Part shown: positions 16,265-25,673 of the stretch, in pieces | How the letters are laid out: each line of letters begins with the position of its first letter | Position numbering within the stretch: position 1 is the stretch's first letter | IMG/VR virus record: IMGVR_UViG_3300002301_000047 | Span: 1-29,663 of that record | DNA: 29,663 nucleotides | Strand: one strand, 5' to 3' | Origin: a virus | Lineage: Duplodnaviria; Caudoviricetes | Notes under the pieces: generated by a model | The model's input: only the letters and a program-made list of their open reading frames with translations | Told to the model about the DNA's origin: nothing | Database searches by the model: none | Position numbers and translations under genes: made by a program

Positions 16265-16492
16265 ATGAAAGTAAATAATATTCTAAAAAATTTATCGGAC
16301 GATAAACTATTAGTTTTAGTTGAAGAAATAAAAAATCCAGTCGTCCCAGAAGATGCATTGATTAGAAAAGTTATTCTTGACGCATTTGGAGAAATTAACA
16401 TATTAGCTCTTCAAATTAATGAGTTGCTTTGGCCTTTATTAGAAGTTATTTCTGAAAGATTTAAATGTTATTCTCCACACATTCAAAAATAA
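16265..16492 (+). CDS. Hypothetical protein
   Basis: Downstream of promoter at 16236. Confidence 0.7.
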   Translation: MKVNNILKNLSDDKLLVLVEEIKNPVVPEDALIRKVILDAFGEINILALQINELLWPLLEVISERFKCYSPHIQK

Positions 16493-16497
16493 ATACA

Positions 16498-18153
16498 ATG
16501 AATATTAAAAATTACAAGAGAAAAAATCACGAAGTCCCACGTTTACTATGGGGTGACGCTTACACAGTTGGTTCAAATGAGTTTGAATCAGATGATGCTA
16601 AAGATTTATCAGTCTATTACGTATGTGCTAGAAGATTCCTCGATAAAATCAATCCAAATCTTTATAACGAAAATGATAGTCGTTATATCCTCTCTGGCTT
16701 AAGTCGTATTATCGACAATCTATTCTTCAAGCCAATCACAATGGAAGAAATACTTGAAACTGACAAGTTCTTGGAGTTTGCCAAGGTAACAACTAAGGGC
16801 TTAGTTAGGTTTAACTATCCAAGAGAGCTTTGGGTTTCAATAGTTGAAAATTATGGTGGTCGTATACCTATCGAAATAAAGGCATTACCTGATGGTAGCG
16901 TATTTTATCCACATGAGCCATTTGCTGAAATAAGAAACTTACCTAAAGGTTTTGGTGTATTAGCCGCTTGGTTTGAAAGTAAAATACTTCAAGTCTGGGC
17001 TTCAACTGAAATGACAACCCAAATTGAGCACTGGATGCTTTATTACAAAGATTTGCTTGATAAGGTTTATGGTGACACAATGTCAGAAGCTGACAAAGAT
17101 TTCACCGCACGTTTAATGCTTCATAATTTTGGTGATAGAGCTGGTATTTGCCAACAAGAATCTGAATGGTTGGGTGAAACAGTAACTCTTTCAGTTGCTG
17201 GTACCGATACATTCTCAGGTGGTTATTCCGCTTGGAAAAATAGTAACGAACAAGCTGGTGTCGCATTATCTGTAGCTGCGTTAGCACACAGAAATGTTGA
17301 ATCATATCCTACGGAATTTGAATGTTTCAGAGCGTTGTATAACAACTTAAAGGATAATGAAATTGGGTCATTTGTTGCCGACTGTAACGACTTCTTTAAA
17401 GCTGTTGCAACGATTGATAATGGTATTGTTCACCCAGATTGTCTTTTAGGTCTTGCGCTTGAATCAAAAACTACAGGTAATGGTAAGATAGTTGTTGCTC
17501 GTCCTGATAGTGGTATTGCCGTTGACCAAGTACTTTGGTTGTGTCGCTTGGCTAAAGAACATGGACTTTATCGTGAAATTGTTGTTGGTGCTAAGACGTG
17601 GTATGGTGCCACATTCCTTAAATTCATCGAAGGTGATGGTATGAAATGGGAAACTATGAAGGAAATCAACGCTGCTTTATTGGCTGAAGGTTTCTTACCT
17701 TGGGAATGGGGTCTTTACGGTGTTGGTGGTGGTCTTAGGAACGACATCAAGCGTGATAATGGTTCATTTAAATACGCTCTTTGCGCTGTAGGTCTTATGT
17801 TATCACCAAGAGTTAAGTTTTCTGAAACTGCTGGTAAATCTACACTTGGTGGGCCGTTTAAATTGCTTCGTGACCCAGATTCTTTGGCTAATGGTACCAC
17901 AATAGTATTTTATAACGAAGCTGGTATTGATGCTAGAGTTGTATATTACAATGGTACTTTAGGCGATGATTGTTTTGGTGACATCATGGCTGAAAACAAC
18001 AATGATATTAAGGCTCGTATTAAGGACCAATTATCTTGTATGCCAGCTAGGTTGATTAATGATGTACCAGCAAGTGATGCGGTTATTAATACTCGTTTAG
18101 AGATATTGGCTAAGAATGCTCCAAATAAGCTTGAATTCTTTACAAATAAATAA
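16498..18153 (+). CDS. Nicotinamide phosphoribosyltransferase-like protein (Nampt/NadV family)
   Basis: DAY, IPIEIKALPDGS, LHNFGDRA, GTDT, VVARPDSG, IEGDG, YGVGGGL, KRD; ATG at 16498. Confidence 0.85.
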   Translation: MNIKNYKRKNHEVPRLLWGDAYTVGSNEFESDDAKDLSVYYVCARRFLDKINPNLYNENDSRYILSGLSRIIDNLFFKPITMEEILETDKFLEFAKVTTKGLVRFNYPRELWVSIVENYGGRIPIEIKALPDGSVFYPHEPFAEIRNLPKGFGVLAAWFESKILQVWASTEMTTQIEHWMLYYKDLLDKVYGDTMSEADKDFTARLMLHNFGDRAGICQQESEWLGETVTLSVAGTDTFSGGYSAWKNSNEQAGVALSVAALAHRNVESYPTEFECFRALYNNLKDNEIGSFVADCNDFFKAVATIDNGIVHPDCLLGLALESKTTGNGKIVVARPDSGIAVDQVLWLCRLAKEHGLYREIVVGAKTWYGATFLKFIEGDGMKWETMKEINAALLAEGFLPWEWGLYGVGGGLRNDIKRDNGSFKYALCAVGLMLSPRVKFSETAGKSTLGGPFKLLRDPDSLANGTTIVFYNEAGIDARVVYYNGTLGDDCFGDIMAENNNDIKARIKDQLSCMPARLINDVPASDAVINTRLEILAKNAPNKLEFFTNK

Positions 18154-18162
18154 TGATAAATT

Positions 18163-18187
18163 AAAAGCGTCCTAGGACGCTTTTTTT
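18163..18187. terminator. Bidirectional terminator
   Basis: Perfect palindrome AAAAGCGTCCTAGGACGCTTTT between convergent genes. Confidence 0.85.
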
Positions 18188-18881
18188 ATATTTTATTTCT
18201 TTTAATATCCCGATTATAGTAACTACATAGTGGTTGCAAATTAGTATAATGGTTTAAATTTATCATATCATCATCACTTAGGGCCTTTGATGACGGAATA
18301 ATATGGTCAATATCCCAACCGTAATTTAATTCACCATTGTATAATCCATAATTATTCCAGTTCATCCAAGGTTCAAATTTACTTTCTAAATGAATTTTAA
18401 ATTCTTCAAAGTTACAACCTAATATCAAATAAGTTCTGGATGTTTTCTTATAACCATTTCGTTTAAATGCAGTTCTAATAGACGCTCTAATATTATTAGA
18501 AAGTTTATATAATGGGTCATTTTGGTTACGTTCCCGTTCTCGGTTGTTTCGTTTATCTTTATTATTTTTTCTGTATTCTTTATGGTATTCTTTTTGATAT
18601 ATTTTTATTTTATCTTTATTCGCTTCACGATAGTCATTGCGATGTAGTTTATTATATTCTTTTTGATATGAATTTATTTTATCTTTATTAGCTTCACGAT
18701 ATACTTTTTTTTCTTCTTTTATTTTATCTTGATTCTTGGCACGATATTTTTTAACCCGTGCTAAGACAGCATTTTTATTTTCTAAATAATATTTTTTTGA
18801 ATTTTTTAAACTATACTCTCTAAGGTATTCTTTACGTTTTTCCTTTGCGGCTAATTTTTGTTCCTCAGTAAGTTTTCTCAT
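18186..18881 (-). CDS. HNH-type endonuclease with basic helical N-terminus
   Basis: LGCNFEEFKIHLESKF...WDIDHIIP...NHYTNLQPLC; ATG at 18881. Confidence 0.82.
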   Translation of the reverse strand: MRKLTEEQKLAAKEKRKEYLREYSLKNSKKYYLENKNAVLARVKKYRAKNQDKIKEEKKVYREANKDKINSYQKEYNKLHRNDYREANKDKIKIYQKEYHKEYRKNNKDKRNNRERERNQNDPLYKLSNNIRASIRTAFKRNGYKKTSRTYLILGCNFEEFKIHLESKFEPWMNWNNYGLYNGELNYGWDIDHIIPSSKALSDDDMINLNHYTNLQPLCSYYNRDIKRNKI

Positions 18882-19044
18882 TTGTACCAATTTTAATATT
18901 AGTCTTATTGAAATAATCTTCAAGCAACCACTCAAAGAATTTACTCTTATTCTTAACATCGGAGATGCAGTCTAACAGCTCATTAGGTATCTGAATACTT
19001 ACTGTTACCTTCTTGTCTTTAACTTCTTTTTTGTTTCTTCCCAT
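18865..19044 (-). CDS. Ribbon-helix-helix-like small DNA-binding protein
   Basis: MGRNKKEVKDKKVTVSIQIPNELLD...NKSKFFEWLLEDYF (59 aa); ATATTTAT upstream. Confidence 0.65.
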   Translation of the reverse strand: MGRNKKEVKDKKVTVSIQIPNELLDCISDVKNKSKFFEWLLEDYFNKTNIKIGTNEKTY

Positions 19045-19106
19045 AATATTTGTTTTTGTATATTAATAAATATCTGGAAAATATAAAAACAGTCAAAAGA
19101 TTGTAT

Positions 19107-19244
19107 TTATTTTTTACGATTTTGGGAAAACTTCTTTAATAAGCTGACTAGGAGCTGATTACGATTATAGTTACCTTCTTTAATTTTTTCAATTAGTGGT
19201 GCCGATATAGTCACGCTTATTTTAGTAGTATTTGTATCTTTCAT
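19107..19244 (-). CDS. Second RHH-like small protein
   Basis: MKDTNTTKISVTISAPLIEKIKEGNYNRNQLLVSLLKKF (45 aa); ATATTTAT upstream. Confidence 0.55.
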   Translation of the reverse strand: MKDTNTTKISVTISAPLIEKIKEGNYNRNQLLVSLLKKFSQNRKK

Positions 19245-19264
19245 GAAAATAAATATAATAAATT

Positions 19265-19346
19265 ATTTGTTTAAGTCAATAAAAGTTAGTATATTTGCAT
19301 TCTAATCGGGAACAGGTTATCTGAACAAAATTAAATTATGAAAAAA
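19265..19346 (+). repeat. Promoter plus 5'UTR repeat, copy 1 (copy 2 at 21927-22007)
   Basis: Shared ATTTGTTTAA.TCAATAAAAGT..GTATATTTGCAT and TCGGGAACAGG..ATCTGAACA...AAATTATGAAAAAA. Confidence 0.8.
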
Positions 19347-20162
19347 TTATTATTATTTAGTATTTTAGTATTTTTAAGGTTTATATCTTTTGGTCAAGAA
19401 TATAATGATATTTTTTTGGGAAATGATGTTAATTCTTACAAAGGATTGTATTTGAGATATAGGGAGGGTACAATTGGTGAAATGGAGTATTGCTTTTATA
19501 ACAATAAGCCGTCAAAAAGGTTTGAAACACCTGTCTATCACCCTGAACAAGAATACAACTTTAACACGGATACATCATCTATTAAAAATAGGGATTTTTT
19601 AGTTGTAAACATATATGATTTTGATGATAAACATTATATCTTTGAATTAAAAGATACTATAAAAAATGAAACAATTTGGTTTATTTACAATTCCGAATAC
19701 AATTTTAATTTTCCATTTAGGGTTAAGGGGTTTTCATATAATTCAAATGCTGTTATAAAGTTCATTGATAAAAAAATTGATGAATTTACTGGTGAAATAA
19801 CATATCAAACCCCCATAGATAAAGATATGGTATTAATTAAGGTTATACATAAAGGTGTTTTACCAAAATATTATCTTAGTTTAGAGGCAAATGGTAATAC
19901 ATTAACTTATCGTGCGAATGGTGCTATAATTCTATTTACTGATGGTACTAAATTATCTAAACCAAATGAAAAAATTGATGTTAGATATATTGGCGGTGAT
20001 AGTTGGAGATACAGTGCGTTTATTAGATTAACACAAGAAGATTTATTGATTTTATCTAAAAAAGAAATTAGTAAATTTAGATTATATCTTTACGATAATT
20101 TCGCACCTGATGAACCAAATAAATTAATGTTTTTAACGCAAGCAATTATTAAATTAAAGTAA
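19338..20162 (+). CDS. Exported protein with Sec signal peptide
   Basis: MKKLLLFSILVFLRFISFG|Q. Confidence 0.78.
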   Translation: MKKLLLFSILVFLRFISFGQEYNDIFLGNDVNSYKGLYLRYREGTIGEMEYCFYNNKPSKRFETPVYHPEQEYNFNTDTSSIKNRDFLVVNIYDFDDKHYIFELKDTIKNETIWFIYNSEYNFNFPFRVKGFSYNSNAVIKFIDKKIDEFTGEITYQTPIDKDMVLIKVIHKGVLPKYYLSLEANGNTLTYRANGAIILFTDGTKLSKPNEKIDVRYIGGDSWRYSAFIRLTQEDLLILSKKEISKFRLYLYDNFAPDEPNKLMFLTQAIIKLK

Positions 20163-20163
20163 T

Positions 20164-21090
20164 ATGGTAAAGATAGCTTCATGCAGCAGTACTAAGTATT
20201 TATTCGATAAAATTACTAACCCAGAACTTGTTGGTTATAAAGTTGAGTTAAGCACACAAAAATTTTCAGACGGTGAAATGGCTGTTCAGTACTTAGAATC
20301 AATTCGTGGTCGTGACCTATTTCTTTTGGCCGATACATCACAAAATCTAACAGAGTTATTATTAGCTCTTGATGGTGCAATAAGAAGTTCCGCTAAATGT
20401 ATTACAGTTATATTACCTTATTATGGCTATGGTCGCCAAGATAAGAAGGATGGTCATAGAGGCTCATTAGGTGCATCAGTTATGGCACACGCATTACAAT
20501 CATTTGGCGTTGACCGTGTTGTATCAATTGACCTTCACGCTGACCAAATTCAAGGTATGTTCAATATTCCATTGGAACATATCAAGGGTCATAGTGTATT
20601 CATTGATTACGTTCAAAATAACATTGACCTCACTAATATGATATTGTGTTCGCCAGATGCTGGTGGTGTTCATAGAGTTCAAAAGTATGGTGGTAAGTTG
20701 AATTTACCAATGGTTTCAATCAATAAAAGAAGAGATAAACCAAACTCTATTGCTTCAATGGAGCTTATTGGTTCTGTTAAGGGTAAGAATGTCATGATTA
20801 TTGATGATATTGTGGATACTGCAAATTCCTTAGTTAAGGCAACGGATTTGTTGCTAGAACAAGGTGCTTTGAAGGTGTATTGTGTTGCAACTCATCCCGT
20901 ACTTAGTGGGGATGCTTATACTAATATTGCTAACTCAAAAATTAACCAATTAATTGTTAGTGATACGATTAAGTCAACTAATCCTGATTTTATAAATAAT
21001 AGAATTAAAACTGTTTCTTGTGTTCCTGTGTTGGAGAAGGTTATTACGAATTTGATAAATGACGATTCAATTTCAGAAATTAATCAATAA
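20164..21090 (+). CDS. prs: Ribose-phosphate pyrophosphokinase
   Basis: FSDGE, PYYGYGRQDKK, DLHADQIQG, SPDAGG, IIDDIVDT, THPVLSG. Confidence 0.92.
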   Translation: MVKIASCSSTKYLFDKITNPELVGYKVELSTQKFSDGEMAVQYLESIRGRDLFLLADTSQNLTELLLALDGAIRSSAKCITVILPYYGYGRQDKKDGHRGSLGASVMAHALQSFGVDRVVSIDLHADQIQGMFNIPLEHIKGHSVFIDYVQNNIDLTNMILCSPDAGGVHRVQKYGGKLNLPMVSINKRRDKPNSIASMELIGSVKGKNVMIIDDIVDTANSLVKATDLLLEQGALKVYCVATHPVLSGDAYTNIANSKINQLIVSDTIKSTNPDFINNRIKTVSCVPVLEKVITNLINDDSISEINQ

Positions 21091-21137
21091 TGTGACAAAT
21101 ATCTTTAGCGTTTTCGATTTTCCAGATATTTATTATT

Positions 21138-21944
21138 ATGGAAAAAAGAAAACAAATTAAATGGACTGAAGAGTTAATTGAAAAATTAAGATGTGTTTGG
21201 ACCTCAGGTTCAACGGAAGAGATAAATTTAGCTTTTGACGGTATACCTAATAGTACTTTACGTGAAACAGCTAGAAGATTTGGTATAAAGCGTGGTTATG
21301 AATTTAAGTGTAAGCGTAAATTAGCAAATCTTTTAACTGAAAACGCATACAACTATTATTGGTTAGGTTTTATAATGGCCGATGGCCATTTTAGTAAAAA
21401 GGGTGAACTTAAAATTAGTTTAGGTCTTAAGGATATTGAACATCTTAAAAAATTCGGACAATACGTAAACGCTAACATTCATATAAAAGATGCTCAAACA
21501 TATGGTAAGTATACAAGTGATAAATCTTGTTGTTTGACAATTATGGACGTTAATTCAGTTAGGACATTATCTGAAAGATTTTGTATTAATAGTACTAAAA
21601 CTTATGAAGCATGTTCATTGGATTGTTTAGATACTGATGATAAATTTTTAGCTTTTTTTACAGGTCTTGTTGATGGTGATGGATGCATTACACAAAATAA
21701 GACTGGAAATGTTAATATGCTTCGTATTCAATGTCATAGTTCTTGGTTGAATGTTTATTGTCAAATTGGTGAACGATTGAAACGATTATATAATATTGAC
21801 TATAAATGTTATATTGATAAAACTGGATATTGTAAATTTGCTATCTATCGTTATGAGTCATTAATAAAAATAAAAAATGAGGTCATTAAACTAAATATTC
21901 CATTATTAGAAAGAAAATGGGATAAGATTTGTTTAATTCAATAA
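21138..21944 (+). CDS. Double-motif LAGLIDADG homing endonuclease
   Basis: WLGFIMADGH and FFTGLVDGDG. Confidence 0.88.
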   Translation: MEKRKQIKWTEELIEKLRCVWTSGSTEEINLAFDGIPNSTLRETARRFGIKRGYEFKCKRKLANLLTENAYNYYWLGFIMADGHFSKKGELKISLGLKDIEHLKKFGQYVNANIHIKDAQTYGKYTSDKSCCLTIMDVNSVRTLSERFCINSTKTYEACSLDCLDTDDKFLAFFTGLVDGDGCITQNKTGNVNMLRIQCHSSWLNVYCQIGERLKRLYNIDYKCYIDKTGYCKFAIYRYESLIKIKNEVIKLNIPLLERKWDKICLIQ

Positions 21945-21998
21945 AAGTCTGTATATTTGCATCATATTCGGGAACAGGAAATCTGAACATAGGAAATT

Positions 21999-22694
21999 AT
22001 GAAAAAAATAAGTATAATGGTGGTTCTAATGACTGTACTAATGAGTTTTATGTCTTCTGGACAAAGTTTAGGGAAATTAAAACTTGGTATGTCAATAAAC
22101 GATATACCTGAATTAAAAGAGGCGGATACTACTTCATCTTATGATACGTACATGAATAAAATTTTTGGGAGTACTAAAAAGAGTTCAATTTGGGAGATAC
22201 TTCGAGATACGGTAAATAATTCAAACGATTATGCTTCATTATCTAAAAATGTAAGGATATTTTATATTGGTAGTATAAAAATTTCTTCAAATATTTCTAT
22301 TGAGCAGGTTGAATTAAAATTTTATGATGATTCGCTTTATTATATTGTCTGCGAAAGTAACCGAACATTAGAAGAAGCTTTAAAAACTAAATATTTGGAG
22401 CCAAAGATAGAGGTAAAAGAAAACCCAAAAGAATACACAAATGGTTACGGAAATAAAATTATAAAAACAGATGTTTCATATACCACATCATACTTTGAAA
22501 AAGATAATATAATACTTAATACTTATCTTTCTAAAAGTTTTAGTACATATTCTCAAGATTTTTTTTATTTTGATAAGGTGTTTTTATATAATAATAAAAT
22601 AACTGAAATTGTAACAAAACAAGAAGAAATAGTTAAAGCTAGAATTGAAAAACGCAAAGAAGAAAGTAAAAAGAAACAATTTGCTGACTTTTAA
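21999..22694 (+). CDS. Exported protein with Sec signal peptide
   Basis: MKKISIMVVLMTVLMSFMSSG|Q. Confidence 0.78.
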   Translation: MKKISIMVVLMTVLMSFMSSGQSLGKLKLGMSINDIPELKEADTTSSYDTYMNKIFGSTKKSSIWEILRDTVNNSNDYASLSKNVRIFYIGSIKISSNISIEQVELKFYDDSLYYIVCESNRTLEEALKTKYLEPKIEVKENPKEYTNGYGNKIIKTDVSYTTSYFEKDNIILNTYLSKSFSTYSQDFFYFDKVFLYNNKITEIVTKQEEIVKARIEKRKEESKKKQFADF

Positions 22695-23027
22695 ATGGTT
22701 GATACCTGTGGAACCCTTAAAAAAGCTGTTAGTTACTTGAAAGCTGAAGGGGCATTAAAGGTTTACTACATTGCTACCCACCCAGTATTAAGCGGTGAAG
22801 CATTCACAAACTTAGTATCATCAGAATTGGATGAATTGATTATTAGTGATACACTTCTAGTTGATGATATTAAAGGTAGTTTAGCGTATGCTATGAAAAC
22901 CGTTGAACTTGAAAATATAACTCCAAATAGATTAACGATTCATCAAATCTCTTGTGTTCCAGTGTTGGAAAAGGTTATTATCAACTTGATTAATGATGAA
23001 TCAATTTCTGAATTAAATAACCTTTAA
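22695..23027 (+). pseudogene. Displaced duplicate 3' third of prs
   Basis: MVDTCGTL...GALKVY..ATHPVLSG...SCVPVLEKVI.NLIND.SISE aligns to 20809-21090. Confidence 0.88.
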
Positions 23028-23030
23028 AAA

Positions 23031-23303
23031 ATGAATTGGGGTTATTTAAAAAAGAAAATAAATAGTCTTTCTAAAGAAGATTTAAAAAAAGAAGTTATTT
23101 TTATTGCTGAAGATAAATCTTTTAGTGGTGTTGTTAATCGAGCGGTAAAATGTAAAACTAATTTATTTTATGCGTATGATGATGACCCTGCATGGTTGAT
23201 GACTAAAACTGAATTAAAAGAACGTGGTTTTACTGATGATGATATTAATGAACTTGAGGTTTACGTTTCAAAAGGTGATTTATTTCTTGAAGTAACAAAT
23301 TAA
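23031..23303 (+). CDS. Hypothetical protein
   Basis: 90 aa ORF. Confidence 0.7.
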   Translation: MNWGYLKKKINSLSKEDLKKEVIFIAEDKSFSGVVNRAVKCKTNLFYAYDDDPAWLMTKTELKERGFTDDDINELEVYVSKGDLFLEVTN

Positions 23304-23453
23304 ACAATCTTTAGAGGATAAAGCGATAGTGCTTAGTATACCCAGTGGTTGGCTCACATAACATGAATCGTAGAAAAGCGAGGTGCTAGACCACCATTTC
23401 TTTTAAATAGTTTAACTTTTGTGTGTTAGCACACTATTTATATATAAAGATAT

Positions 23454-24185
23454 ATGGATAGAAATTTAACACACAATAGACATTATGTTTATGTTTATAC
23501 AGACCCTAGAAAAGCTGGACATTATGAGTATAATGGGTTTGTTTTTAATTATGAACCATTTTATGTTGGTTCTGGTAAAGGTTATAGATGGAAACGCCAT
23601 CTTACCAATTTTGAAATTGATTGGAATTATAATACAATTAAAAATGGTAAAATTAAGCATCTTAAAGAGAAGTTTGATTTAGAAAAATATATTATTTTCT
23701 ATAAAACAGACTTAACTAAAGAGGAATCATTAATAATTGAAAAAGGTTTAATAGTTCATTTTGGTCGTTTAAATACTAATACTGGTTTTTTGTCTAATAT
23801 GACAGATGGAGGTGAAGGTTGGTTTGGTGCTGTATCACCTTTTAAGGGTAAGACGTATGAAGAAATACACGGTATAGAAAAAGCAAATTCTTTAAAAAAA
23901 AATAAGTCTAACCAGTTGAAAGGTAATAATTATGGTACCTATACTAAGGGTAAAAAAATGTCTGACGAAGGAAAAAAACATTTATCAGATATTAAAAAAA
24001 TGAAAGTAAAACAATTAAATTTAGAAATGAATTTAATTCAAACTTGGGATTCTCCTAAACATGCAGCTGATAGCTTAGGTATTTATGTTGGTTCAATACA
24101 TAATGTTTTAGGTAATCAAAAAAGTAAAACCGCAGGCGGTTTTAGATGGGAATATGTTAATAAAAAAAATAAAAAATATGGCTAA
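23454..24185 (+). CDS. GIY-YIG-like homing endonuclease with NUMOD-like tail
   Basis: YVYVYTDPRK...FYVGSGKGYR...LSNMTDGGEG...KTAGGFRW. Confidence 0.82.
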   Translation: MDRNLTHNRHYVYVYTDPRKAGHYEYNGFVFNYEPFYVGSGKGYRWKRHLTNFEIDWNYNTIKNGKIKHLKEKFDLEKYIIFYKTDLTKEESLIIEKGLIVHFGRLNTNTGFLSNMTDGGEGWFGAVSPFKGKTYEEIHGIEKANSLKKNKSNQLKGNNYGTYTKGKKMSDEGKKHLSDIKKMKVKQLNLEMNLIQTWDSPKHAADSLGIYVGSIHNVLGNQKSKTAGGFRWEYVNKKNKKYG

Positions 24186-24705
24186 TCCAATTAAACATTC
24201 AGAATCTTCTGTTGCCCAGTGGGGTGGCACAATTGAAAATTACTTGTCAATTCATGAGAAAATGGATTGTTCAAAAGCGTGGTTATCTGATGCGAGACAT
24301 CGGGTACTTACCCACACTATGTTCTGGATTAAGGAAGTTATGATACCGATTTTTGGTTCATATATAACCCTTGAGAATGATAAAAAAGTATCTGTTAAAG
24401 ATATTTGTGAACGTCATATCTTAGAAGATTTTAAGATGAAGTTCATTCCAACGCCACAAGATTTCATTCAAGAAATGGATTTCAAGCCTTGGATGCAAAA
24501 TGGTAATGGTATATGTCCATCGGCATCTAAACTCTATGCTGGTATTTTACCAGTTCAAGAAACGCCAAAAGATTTATCACAAAAAATACTAGAAGAAACT
24601 GGTAAGGATAAAGAAAAACCTAAAAGAGTCATACCACAAATTGGTAAGATTTTAGACGGTAGACGTAGAGGTGGTGGTGATTACAGTAGACAAATATTAG
24701 ACTAA
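24178..24705 (+). CDS. Hypothetical protein (DUF6915-like)
   Basis: MANPIKHSESS..WGG..HEKMD.SK...RHRVLTH...ERHILED. Confidence 0.7.
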   Translation: MANPIKHSESSVAQWGGTIENYLSIHEKMDCSKAWLSDARHRVLTHTMFWIKEVMIPIFGSYITLENDKKVSVKDICERHILEDFKMKFIPTPQDFIQEMDFKPWMQNGNGICPSASKLYAGILPVQETPKDLSQKILEETGKDKEKPKRVIPQIGKILDGRRRGGGDYSRQILD

Positions 24706-24709
24706 AAAT

Positions 24710-25006
24710 ATGGAATTACAAGAAAAATTCTCTCCAGAGAATATCAAGAAAGAAATCATTTCCCGTATCGAAACCGAATTTGGTAAAGAACATGGGATTA
24801 AAGTTGCGCTTTTTAAAGCTGTTAGTGAATACAATGATGAGGTTGATAATTATGCCCCTCTTCTTATATTGATTGATAAAAATTATACTGAAATTGAGCA
24901 TAAGATTAGACTTAAAGGTTTATATCCTACTCAAGAGGAGCAGTATAACGCTTATGATGAAATAAATGGTTTGCTTAGTGTTAGTGACATTACAATAAAT
25001 TTCTAA
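24710..25006 (+). CDS. Hypothetical protein
   Basis: 98 aa ORF. Confidence 0.7.
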   Translation: MELQEKFSPENIKKEIISRIETEFGKEHGIKVALFKAVSEYNDEVDNYAPLLILIDKNYTEIEHKIRLKGLYPTQEEQYNAYDEINGLLSVSDITINF

Positions 25007-25446
25007 TGGCTAAAGTAGAAGAAGAAAAAATAGTTGATGCTGGTGAGATTGACTTATCGTTTTATGCTGTAATGAGTAAAGATGGTAAATGGTTTCGCAG
25101 TAAAGGATACAATGGCGGTGGCGACTCTTGGGTTGACAATGTTAATAAGGCTAAGTTATATACTAAGATTGGTCCAGCTAAGGCTGTTGTTACTTGGTGG
25201 TCAAAACATTATCCAAGTTTTGGTACTCCTGATTTAGTTCGTATAATAGCAACTAGTTATGAAGTAATTGACCAAAATGCTAGGGTTCAAAAGAAGATTG
25301 AAGATGATAAGATTAAAGAAATTAATCGTCAAATAAAGAGAACTCAGGACCAAATTGATTATCTTTCAAATAAGAAAGACGCTGATAATAAAATGTTAGC
25401 TGATTTGAGGATTAGATTGGCGAAAGAAAAAAATAAACTATTATAA
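25006..25446 (+). CDS. Hypothetical protein with coiled-coil tail
   Basis: 146 aa, TAATG coupling. Confidence 0.75.
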   Translation: MAKVEEEKIVDAGEIDLSFYAVMSKDGKWFRSKGYNGGGDSWVDNVNKAKLYTKIGPAKAVVTWWSKHYPSFGTPDLVRIIATSYEVIDQNARVQKKIEDDKIKEINRQIKRTQDQIDYLSNKKDADNKMLADLRIRLAKEKNKLL

Positions 25447-25448
25447 TT

Positions 25449-25673
25449 ATGAAATTTGATTGGTTTGATAGGATTTATTCTTTAATATATGCTTTGTGTT
25501 CATCATGTATTGTATCAGTTGGTATCAATGGTATTTTCAAGATAAACGGTGGTGATAGAGCCGTATTAGTTGAAGTAGGAATGTTTCTTTTCTTTTTAAT
25601 AGTTATAGTCTTTAAAATTAAGCTGGAGAAGATTGAAGAAGAATTAAAAAATAAAAATAAACAAGATGGATAG
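25449..25673 (+). CDS. Small two-TM membrane protein
   Basis: Two hydrophobic segments. Confidence 0.7.
   Translation: MKFDWFDRIYSLIYALCSSCIVSVGINGIFKINGGDRAVLVEVGMFLFFLIVIVFKIKLEKIEEELKNKNKQDG

Noticed and set aside
18608-18701. Direct repeat encoding YREANKDKI twice
   Set aside because: Ordinary low-complexity helical repeat in this HNH type
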